Shown here one piece after another: positions 1 to 6,744 of a DNA stretch of 45,334 bases (the stretch's first letter is position 1; each line of letters begins with the position of its first letter). The position numbers were made by a program, and so were the translations under genes. The notes beneath the pieces were generated by a model. The model worked only from the letters and a program-made list of their open reading frames with translations. It was not told where the DNA came from and made no database searches. Source of the DNA: a virus; the IMG/VR virus record IMGVR_UViG_2518645621_000001. One strand, 5' to 3'.

Positions 1-10
1 ACTTTTATAA

Positions 11-40
11 AATAAAAAACGCTCCCGAACCTCGGAAGCG
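11..40 (-). terminator. Rho-independent terminator downstream of the tRNA (copy in attL repeat)
   Basis: Stem CGCTCCCGA/TCGGAAGCG (20-28/32-40, one G-U) with loop ACC, followed on the minus strand by a T-run (plus A-run 14-19). Confidence 0.7.
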
Positions 41-50
41 GTGTATTCAT

Positions 51-86
51 TGGTGCGACTGCCGCGATTCGAACGCGGGACCCACG
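51..86 (-). tRNA. Displaced 3' fragment of a tRNA gene (T-arm, acceptor 3' strand, discriminator A, CCA)
   Basis: Minus strand reads CCGCG-TTCGAAT-CGCGG-CAGTCGC-A-CCA. No complementary acceptor 5' strand (GCGACTG) or anticodon arm follows at 87-140. Confidence 0.7.
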
Positions 87-196
87 GCTTAGAAGTGCGA
101 AAAATGGGCATCACCAGCCCTAACAATCCAGTAAAATCAGCACTTTGTTTCTCGTAAACTCTCAAAAAGCACATATTAAAACCTATTTTTTATAGA

Positions 197-218
197 CTAT
201 TGCACACCTATTGCACAC
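197..218 (+). repeat. Tandem 11-bp repeat CTATTGCACAC x2 (candidate integrase arm-type sites)
   Basis: Exact tandem duplication that shares the TTGCACAC core with the tandem pair at 45229-45250. Confidence 0.6.
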
Positions 219-358
219 CTCAAAAGTTTAACAAAAGCTTTGACTAATACACAATTCTCGTTGCTAGAGCTTCAAGAATTGATGTTATAAGAGGGGAACA
301 GTCATTTTGTCTTCTAAATTAGAATTAAACATCTTCTAACTGCGTGGTTTGAACTTTA

Positions 359-1360
359 TTAGTTTTTATATACTTCTATTCTATGATAAGCCAAATAAAT
401 TATTCTTTTATTATCTAATGGCAATTTATCAATAAATTTATCCTGATAAATCCCCAATCTTTTCTGATTCATAGGAGAAAGCCACGGTGACACAATCAAT
501 CGTTTGTCATCAGAAAAACTAATAAAGCCTTGATCAAATAACTTATCATATGTAGGTGTCAAAATAAACCCGTTTTTGCAATCAACTTTTTCTTTGTCAT
601 TTGACTTTGCCCAAGGTTTAATATGCGATGCTATTAATAAACGTTCATCATTCACCATAGTAAATGGACAATACATACAATCCTCCAATAACTTTTCCCG
701 ATACATTCCTTGACCGATCCTTGCTTTTATTAGCCGTTCCTTTTCTTTTGCCTTTATTTCTGTATTATCTTCTATATTCTTTAGTTCTGAAATTTCAATA
801 GGAGAATTGTATTTCAGAATATCAGATTTATAATCCAAAAACATTTTATAATAATAATAAATTTTGCCGGTTTTACTCTTCAATTTTAATATAGAAACAT
901 AAGATATATTGGGTAATCCTATCCGGCGCATAAATAAATAATACTCAGAATTTGAATTAATATATATTCGAGGCGGTTGTACCTCTGAACAAAATATTTT
1001 AAAATTTAAAATGGCATTTTTATATTTACTTGCCTCACTTTCTAAATTCGAAAAATTCTCCCTCATTTCATTTTTATTGACATATGGCTGCTGTGGATTA
1101 TAATATTCATCTTTAGCATTTTGCAAATACTTTATAAAATCATTTCCCACAAAAAAACATTCTCCTTGAAAATCGCCAAAGAAATCCTTTATATGTTGCT
1201 TAGTCACATTTCCAACATATAGCTTCCCCTCGCCATGCCCACTTCCAATCTTATTATCCTTTATAATAGAATCCGCCAACGTTATATTTTCCAAGGCATC
1301 TAAAACTTCATAAGATTCATCTAAAATATTTATTTTACTGCTTATAAATTCTTCAGACAT
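359..1360 (-). CDS. HNH-family nuclease, probable restriction endonuclease partner of the adjacent methyltransferase
   Basis: C-terminal segment RIGQGMYREKLL..CMYCP..LLIASHIKPW..NGFILTPTYDKLFDQGFISF matches the HNH_2-type nuclease pattern. GGAGGA RBS. Overlaps the MTase stop by 19 nt. The N-terminal 200 aa are unassigned. Confidence 0.75.
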   Translation of the reverse strand: MSEEFISSKINILDESYEVLDALENITLADSIIKDNKIGSGHGEGKLYVGNVTKQHIKDFFGDFQGECFFVGNDFIKYLQNAKDEYYNPQQPYVNKNEMRENFSNLESEASKYKNAILNFKIFCSEVQPPRIYINSNSEYYLFMRRIGLPNISYVSILKLKSKTGKIYYYYKMFLDYKSDILKYNSPIEISELKNIEDNTEIKAKEKERLIKARIGQGMYREKLLEDCMYCPFTMVNDERLLIASHIKPWAKSNDKEKVDCKNGFILTPTYDKLFDQGFISFSDDKRLIVSPWLSPMNQKRLGIYQDKFIDKLPLDNKRIIYLAYHRIEVYKN

Positions 1361-3180
1361 ATTCTTTCCTCCAATAATTCAGGGTAAGAGTCCAGTACTT
1401 TTTTCATTATTGCAATCAAAACATCGACTACTATAGAGTTGCCAGCCTGTTGGTACATTGATGTATCTGCTACTACTTGTTGAAAGCTATCACAAAACCC
1501 CATTAAGCGCAGACATTCTCTCGGAGTAAGTTTCCTAAGTCTTCCCTCTGTTGTAACGTAATTATCCACACCAGCACGATGCATTTTGTGCATTGTTGTC
1601 AATAAAGGTCGTGCTATATCCAAATCAACTTTTGGTCGCGAATAAAACCCTTTCGTCCCAGATGCAAGAACATATTTTTTTACTTTTTCTGATAAAAAAT
1701 ATTTTTCAAGATCCTGCATTGTTTTTTCTTTATCTTTGTTTTCTTCAACAAAGACAAAATCGCCATGCCAATTGAATTGCTGATTTTTCTTTTGACACAA
1801 CTGGATTTCTCCATCAATCTGTGTAAATTTTTTCGTCAAATTTTTTTCTTTGGTTACAAATTCCACGCCTTTTTTATTTAGGTAATATTTCCCTGACACA
1901 TTATCTAACAAAAAATCTTTTACTGTCGTTTCCAACTTTATAGGATCAGGGAAGTAAAACTTTTTTTTCAAATGAAGATCATTTCTAAATCCTACAACAA
2001 ACACTCGTTCTCTATTTTGAGGAATCCCATAATCTTTTGCATTGAGCACATGGTGTTCCCATTGATATCCTAAATCATCAAAAACTTTTTTCATTGTTTC
2101 CCATGTATTTCCATTATCATTGCTAAGTACAGCTTTTACATTTTCATAAATAAAAACTTTAGGTCGTATTATGCTAATCAAACGTGCATACTCATAAAAT
2201 AATGTTCCTCTTGTATCTTCCAACCCACGCTGTTTTCCTACCATACTAAAAGATTGACAGGGGCTTCCACCAACAAATAAATCTATTTTATCTTTATAAT
2301 ATTGCCCATCAATTAATGAGACATTCCAGTGAAAGTTTTGGGGGGCAAGGTCATAATTTGCTAAATAACTTTTCCGAACATGATTTTGCAATATATATGG
2401 CTTATATAATGCATCGACTACGGCCTTTTTCTCTTTAGAACTCAACAATGAGGCAATTTTCTTTTTTAAATGATATTCATTGATTTTTTCATGTAACATC
2501 CCCACTCGTTCAGCTATGTCTCGTATTTGTTTTATGATTTTTTTCCCTTGAATATCTTCCAAAATCATGTATGCAGCCGATAATTCATCAATTACAGGTT
2601 TCCAGTCTATATTGTCTGTACTTTCAAAGATGACCATACTTGTATTAAAATCCGAACGATGAGTCTTCTGGTCAAGATATTGTAAATCATTATTTTTTTT
2701 GAAGTCATTTATACATTCAACGGTATACTGAAGTCTTTTCAAAAAAAGATCTTGCCTGTTACTTGCCTGTTCCAGCCTGTCTAGAAATCCCTTATATTCT
2801 TTAATACGTATTTTCTTTATGTCTTGTTGTGCCACAATCTTTTTTAGTACTATTTCTATATGCGATGTTGAAAATGTGTCTATTTTTTTATCAATCAACT
2901 CTGACACTTCAAAATAAGCGTCAAGATTACTTTGAAGTGTCTCTTCCATCTGTTTTTTATACAACCTATCATCATTAGTTTCAGGAACATATTCCATTAT
3001 TTTCTCTTTAAGATATAAAAATTCCTCATTAATCTTATCAATATTGACATCGATCTTCTTGCTAAATATATCCACATCACCATTGTCACATGCAAAAACA
3101 ATCTCATGATTTAGATTCATACGTCGCAATGCTTGTTCAATAGCTCCTATGCCACTAAATACTGTACCTAATTTAATCAT
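1342..3180 (-). CDS. DNA (cytosine-5) methyltransferase with large insertion after motif II
   Basis: Motifs FSGIGA (I), GGSPCQSFS (IV), ENV (VI), QNRERVF (VIII) and GNS (X) are present. The likely start is ATG 3180 (MIKLGTVFSGIGA) behind GAGGAG, whereas the ORF track starts at GTG 3201. Confidence 0.93.
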   Translation of the reverse strand: MIKLGTVFSGIGAIEQALRRMNLNHEIVFACDNGDVDIFSKKIDVNIDKINEEFLYLKEKIMEYVPETNDDRLYKKQMEETLQSNLDAYFEVSELIDKKIDTFSTSHIEIVLKKIVAQQDIKKIRIKEYKGFLDRLEQASNRQDLFLKRLQYTVECINDFKKNNDLQYLDQKTHRSDFNTSMVIFESTDNIDWKPVIDELSAAYMILEDIQGKKIIKQIRDIAERVGMLHEKINEYHLKKKIASLLSSKEKKAVVDALYKPYILQNHVRKSYLANYDLAPQNFHWNVSLIDGQYYKDKIDLFVGGSPCQSFSMVGKQRGLEDTRGTLFYEYARLISIIRPKVFIYENVKAVLSNDNGNTWETMKKVFDDLGYQWEHHVLNAKDYGIPQNRERVFVVGFRNDLHLKKKFYFPDPIKLETTVKDFLLDNVSGKYYLNKKGVEFVTKEKNLTKKFTQIDGEIQLCQKKNQQFNWHGDFVFVEENKDKEKTMQDLEKYFLSEKVKKYVLASGTKGFYSRPKVDLDIARPLLTTMHKMHRAGVDNYVTTEGRLRKLTPRECLRLMGFCDSFQQVVADTSMYQQAGNSIVVDVLIAIMKKVLDSYPELLEERICLKNL

Positions 3181-3641
3181 TAGAAACTCCTCTTCACTCA
3201 CAACTTAAAGTATCATTATATCACATTTTATCATATAACGAGCTATGAAAGAACAAATGATCTATTATTTTATTTTTGCGTAAACTTATCGTTTTCCAGT
3301 CTATTGATAGATTCCCGTACTGCTACCATAACAGCAATAAAAAAGTGTCCTGGATAACCTAACACTTTATCAATAAAATTTAATTTATAAACACGTGATA
3401 ATAAATTAAATTACTTACGAAGTTACAGTCGTAATGTTACTCATATGTTCTCTACGATACTTCATAATCACATTACCATGTATATTCTAGTTTCACGATA
3501 CCTTTTTTTACCCTCAACATTATAATCAACACCAACGCCAACATACTTACCATCATTCGTGATTTTTTTGCAACGGAATATCACTCCAATCCTGTATATC
3601 TTTTGGTGCATAGCTAACAGCATGCAGGATTTTGTACAAAT

Positions 3642-3677
3642 AAACGGGACTACATCCAATTGGAAATAGTCCCGTTT
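3642..3677 (-). terminator. Long hairpin downstream of the LamG-domain gene (probable bidirectional terminator)
   Basis: Perfect 11-bp stem AAACGGGACTA/TAGTCCCGTTT with an inner TCCAA/TTGGA stem, located 18 nt after the stop at 3695. Confidence 0.6.
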
Positions 3678-3694
3678 ACTAAATTTATTTACTT

Positions 3695-4531
3695 TTAAAT
3701 GACTTCAAAACTGATAATTTTTTCAAATGCGACATATTCCGTACTTACCTGAGTACCAATCTTTTTGCTAAGGCCATAAGCATTCGTGTCTGTACTGGCA
3801 TGGCGGTTGTACCATTTCACAAATGCTGCTATTTCCTCTGCTGAAAGCTGGTAATCATGATCACTGGAATCATTCAACGTAATCCGCAATAAATTATTAG
3901 TTTTAGTGGGCATAGGATCAAAGTTTTCTGTCCACCGAGCAATATTAGAAATACGGAATTCATCAATATAACCTGGGAAGAAAGAGTTATCAGCCACATC
4001 ATATCCAATTGTTATATTTGCTGATGGAGCTAATATTGATAATGGACTTGTCGCAGTAGAAGTTAAAACTCCGTTTTTAAACCCATAAAACGTATTACCA
4101 TTTCTTACTATAGCATAATGGTTTAATTGATTTAAATTTTGTGTACCAAGATTAAATCCATTTAATATATCCCAAGAAGAGCCATTTGATGTCAAGCATA
4201 CATAGTTTGGTCCCCCATCAAGCGATGCTTGTCCGACAACAAAAGGTGGATATTTCCCTTGCATAACAGATAAAACTCGTGATGTTTTAGCAAAGCTTGT
4301 TCTATACTCCCACCAATCAATTGTAAAATCACCAGAACCAAAATTAAAATCGTTCGAATTTGGAGTTGTTAAATAGCTACTGCCATCCAAATATAAACTT
4401 TTTCCACCAAACTTACTTTGTACTGACGATATAGCCGCACTGCCATTAGCCGTCCACACTTTTCCCGTTTCATCTTTAAAATCACCGTCAAAGTGCAATA
4501 ATGATACTGTATTTGTGTCAACTTGATACAT
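3695..4531 (-). CDS. LamG/concanavalin-A-like lectin-fold domain protein (cargo or accessory tail protein)
   Basis: LHFDG...SLYLDGSSYL...DFTIDWW...GYIDEFRISN is the Laminin_G_3-type jelly-roll signature. The start is taken at ATG 4531 behind GGAGG. An extra ~70-aa C-terminal region is unassigned. Confidence 0.8.
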   Translation of the reverse strand: MYQVDTNTVSLLHFDGDFKDETGKVWTANGSAAISSVQSKFGGKSLYLDGSSYLTTPNSNDFNFGSGDFTIDWWEYRTSFAKTSRVLSVMQGKYPPFVVGQASLDGGPNYVCLTSNGSSWDILNGFNLGTQNLNQLNHYAIVRNGNTFYGFKNGVLTSTATSPLSILAPSANITIGYDVADNSFFPGYIDEFRISNIARWTENFDPMPTKTNNLLRITLNDSSDHDYQLSAEEIAAFVKWYNRHASTDTNAYGLSKKIGTQVSTEYVAFEKIISFEVI

Positions 4532-4705
4532 AAATATTACCTCCAAATATTTTTTTATTGTCGCGTATATTTTTTAAACTAATATTTTTAAAACTCTTCG
4601 AACATTATTTATAAACAAAATGCTGGCCAGCATTGTTTATAAGGTAATCCATAAGCATGCATTCTTATCTTTACCAAAAATAGTATTCATTTCTATGTTT
4701 AATAT

Positions 4706-4719
4706 CGAACACATGTTCT
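4706..4719. promoter_or_regulatory. Cheo-type LexA (SOS) box CGAACACATGTTCT
   Basis: Matches the Firmicutes consensus CGAAC-N4-GTTCG at 13 of 14 positions and lies immediately downstream of the -10 element of the LamG gene promoter. Confidence 0.6.
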
Positions 4720-4728
4720 ATTATAACA
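4720..4728 (-). promoter_or_regulatory. Extended -10 promoter element TGTTATAAT for the LamG-domain gene
   Basis: Minus strand reads TGtTATAAT just after the lysis-operon terminator. The -35 element is poor. Confidence 0.5.
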
Positions 4729-4741
4729 CTTTTATAGAAAT

Positions 4742-4783
4742 AAAAAAAGCGGTAGACACTACATTTTTATAGTATCTACCGCT
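4742..4783 (-). terminator. Rho-independent terminator ending the late/lysis operon
   Basis: Stem AGCGGTAGA/TCTACCGCT followed on the minus strand by TTTTTTT, about 20 nt after the stop at 4801. Confidence 0.8.
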
Positions 4784-4800
4784 TAAATTTAATAAATATT

Positions 4801-5295
4801 TTATTTTGCTACAGCATACCCCAAAGATAATGCCGCTATAGCTTCCCAGATATTCTTTTGTGTTTTTAGCTTACTCTGCAGTTTTTCCTGCTCCTGCTCG
4901 TATTTCTTGAAGGATTGATTCGCATTCTGCAATTCTTGATTGGCTATCTGCAAGGATTGCTGCGCTGCTGCTGTTTGAACTTTGAGCGTCGCTAACTGCG
5001 TTTGCAATGTTTGTATTTGATTCTGCGATTCGGTCAGCTGTTGTTTGAGCAGCTCGATTTGACTGGTCAAGATTGACGACTGTTCGCTCGCTGTCGTCAA
5101 GTCCTGACTGGACTGACTTAATAGCGTCTTCAGCTTTTCGTTGTTGCTCTGCAGTTGTGTCAAGTTGTTCTGTAACGTCGTTAGCTGTTGTTCCGTTATT
5201 TGGTACGTCTCGGAACAAAAACCAACCGAGGGCGATAAGAATAATGGCAGCAAGAATATAGCCACCGATACGTATATAAGTTTTAGTTTGTTCAT
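4801..5295 (-). CDS. Q-rich coiled-coil membrane protein with N-terminal signal/lipoprotein-like sequence and C-terminal TM helix (u-spanin-like topology); overlaps 4871-5308 in another frame
   Basis: ATG start 9 nt after AAGGGGTGG. N-terminus MNKLKLIYVSVAIFLLPLFLSPSVGFC, heptad-like Q/L/T core, C-terminus IWEAIAALSLGYAVAK. Coding status is uncertain because the region is open in three frames. Confidence 0.45.
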   Translation of the reverse strand: MNKLKLIYVSVAIFLLPLFLSPSVGFCSETYQITEQQLTTLQNNLTQLQSNNEKLKTLLSQSSQDLTTASEQSSILTSQIELLKQQLTESQNQIQTLQTQLATLKVQTAAAQQSLQIANQELQNANQSFKKYEQEQEKLQSKLKTQKNIWEAIAALSLGYAVAK

Positions 5296-5308
5296 TCAAT
5301 TTTTCCAC
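4871..5308 (-). CDS. i-spanin (Rz)-like protein: N-terminal TM anchor plus charged/Ala-rich helical domain
   Basis: IRIGGYILAAIILIALGWFLF is followed by an extended polar region. It sits directly after the endolysin. The likely start is TTG 5299 (5 nt after the SD) rather than GTG 5308. First-codon-position purine bias favours this frame. Confidence 0.55.
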   Translation of the reverse strand: MEKLNEQTKTYIRIGGYILAAIILIALGWFLFRDVPNNGTTANDVTEQLDTTAEQQRKAEDAIKSVQSGLDDSERTVVNLDQSNRAAQTTADRIAESNTNIANAVSDAQSSNSSSAAILADSQSRIAECESILQEIRAGAGKTAE

Positions 5309-5337
5309 CCCTTAAAATAATTTGTACAAAGTCAATA

Positions 5338-5949
5338 TTACTCAGCCTTAGCATTTTCTTCATATACAGGCACACCATATGCTGATAAATCCAAACTAGC
5401 GACATAATCAAATGTATTATCTGCTCGATTTGCATATCCTGTGGCATAATCTTCGCAACTTGCAGCCGATGCATACTGTTCATGAAATAAATCCCGTACT
5501 GTTGCCAGCGACCTAAGATCATAGCCTCTTTCTTGCCGACGCTGCAAAAACCTCGACACTACATAATGACTGGTTGGGCACCAAATACCGGCATAAATCG
5601 TACAACGGCTATCGTCAAGCGTTTCAACCTCCTGTAATGTATCCACATAAGTTGCAGTGTCTTCTGCTAGTAAAGCAATTTGTGCATCTTGACCTTCCTG
5701 TGAATCAAGCAACTGTGCTAATGAGTCAAGTTCACCAGCTGCCTCGATATCGCTATAAGTTCGCCCTGCATAATAGTCGCCACCTGGTATCGAAGATAGT
5801 AACGACTCTGCTCTGCCGCCTTCCCATTGTGAACAACCTATACTTGGATAATCACCGGCTGTGCTGCATGACACCGCATTAAATCCACCTTCAGCACCAG
5901 TATTTACAAGCCCTTTTGCTATTTCTCTAGCTAATTCTTCTTTTGTCAT
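5338..5949 (-). CDS. Putative endolysin, lysozyme-like fold (phage tail lysozyme-like motif), no cell-wall-binding domain
   Basis: GAEGGFNAVSCS..GDYPSIGCSQWEGGRAESLL resembles the E-x-GFN...IG..QW..R signature of lysozyme-like phage muramidases. It occupies the lysis-cassette position after the holin. Confidence 0.55.
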   Translation of the reverse strand: MTKEELAREIAKGLVNTGAEGGFNAVSCSTAGDYPSIGCSQWEGGRAESLLSSIPGGDYYAGRTYSDIEAAGELDSLAQLLDSQEGQDAQIALLAEDTATYVDTLQEVETLDDSRCTIYAGIWCPTSHYVVSRFLQRRQERGYDLRSLATVRDLFHEQYASAASCEDYATGYANRADNTFDYVASLDLSAYGVPVYEENAKAE

Positions 5950-5976
5950 TTTTCATTGCCCCTTTTCATTTTTATT

Positions 5977-6180
5977 TTAAATTGATAAATCTTCCGGATA
6001 GGCGTATTTATCGCCGTCCTTATAATCGATATGCAACACTTGCCCATCAAAACTCACAAATCCATCGATGGAATTTTTTAAGCTTTCATTCGCGCAATTG
6101 CTGTCCTGAAAGATTGCCCGAATTTTATTGCGCTCTGTTTCTGTCAACGGTTTACCACCTTTAATTACTGTGATTATCAT
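5977..6180 (-). CDS. Hypothetical small protein in lysis cassette
   Basis: The internal ATG 6180 (MIITVIKGGKP...) follows GAGAGGAG. The upstream part of the listed 93-aa ORF overlaps the holin ORF in another frame. Confidence 0.5.
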   Translation of the reverse strand: MIITVIKGGKPLTETERNKIRAIFQDSNCANESLKNSIDGFVSFDGQVLHIDYKDGDKYAYPEDLSI

Positions 6181-6328
6181 TTGTATCAACTCCTCTCTTT
6201 TCTGCTTTACCGCCCATATACCCAACCAAGCCGCTTGCAATGGACATTGCAAGTTCATTTAGTCCAAAAAAAATCGCCGTCATCAAAGCTGCAACCAGCC
6301 CGATTCCGACGATTTTTTCTGTATTCAT
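6161..6328 (-). CDS. Holin (55 aa, two hydrophobic segments, charged C-terminus); not in the supplied ORF track
   Basis: Hand translation gives MNTEKIVGIGLVAALMTAIFFGLNELAMSIASGLVGYMGGKAEKRGVDTNDNHSN. It lies between the XhlA-like gene and the endolysin. Confidence 0.65.
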   Translation of the reverse strand: MNTEKIVGIGLVAALMTAIFFGLNELAMSIASGLVGYMGGKAEKRGVDTNDNHSN

Positions 6329-6355
6329 TTTTTCACCCAAACCACATCATCCCCT

Positions 6356-6550
6356 TTAATTATGAATAGCACCATATATTGCAATGGCTGTTGTAATTGC
6401 CCATGCAATGGTATTGCTATACCCTTTTCCCGCTTTTTCACGTTCAGACAGCATAGTTTCTAATCTTGCTGTTCTTTCTGCCATTTCCCGAATTTGATCA
6501 GATAGATTATCTATTTTTCCATATAACCTTTGAATTGCATCATCACCCAT
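6356..6550 (-). CDS. XhlA-like lysis accessory membrane protein
   Basis: Coiled-coil N-terminus (IDNLSDQIREMAERTARLETML) plus C-terminal TM helix TIAWAITTAIAIYGAI. Start ATG 6550 lies 5 nt after GGAGG. Confidence 0.6.
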   Translation of the reverse strand: MGDDAIQRLYGKIDNLSDQIREMAERTARLETMLSEREKAGKGYSNTIAWAITTAIAIYGAIHN

Positions 6551-6600
6551 GTGTACCTCCAAATTTTCGACATAAAGATAACCCTGCGACTGGCAGAGTT

Positions 6601-6744
6601 TTATTCATTTGTTTTAGCCTCTGCAATTTTAGCCGGTTCTGCTTTTTCTATAATCTCGCGCCGGAGATTATCCGGGCATTTTTTATTTTCACAATACCCT
6701 TTATCATTCACTTTTTTTGCACAAAACTTACACCGTTCAGCCAT
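6601..6744 (-). CDS. Small zinc-ribbon-like protein (47 aa); not in the supplied ORF track
   Basis: Hand translation gives MAERCKFCAKKVNDKGYCENKKCPDNLRREIIEKAEPAKIAEAKTNE (CxxC...CxxxxC). Its ATG overlaps the stop of the upstream gene (ATGGCTGA), suggesting translational coupling. Confidence 0.5.
   Translation of the reverse strand: MAERCKFCAKKVNDKGYCENKKCPDNLRREIIEKAEPAKIAEAKTNE

Larger units (their letters stand above)
1..86. repeat. attL-side copy of 86-bp perfect direct repeat (att core region)
   Basis: Base-for-base identical to 45249-45334. The true repeat may be longer because both copies touch window edges. Confidence 0.9.

Noticed and set aside
87-140. Possibility that the left-end tRNA copy is a complete gene, including an apparent anticodon-like loop with CTA or TCT
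   Set aside because: No sequence complementary to the acceptor 3' strand (CAGTCGC) occurs downstream. The candidate anticodon stems have several mismatches. It is best read as a displaced 3' fragment followed by phage DNA.
3468-3659. 63-aa minus-strand ORF between the methyltransferase and LamG genes
   Set aside because: It has no Shine-Dalgarno sequence. Its start lies inside the 3642-3677 terminator hairpin, and its composition is not protein-like. It is probably noncoding spacer.
5073-5261. Plus-strand 62-aa ORF antisense to the spanin-like locus, and ORFs 5292-5522 and 5574-5882 within the endolysin gene
   Set aside because: They have no RBS and lie fully inside better-supported genes. 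The openness is explained by the CAG/CTG/GCT-rich composition.
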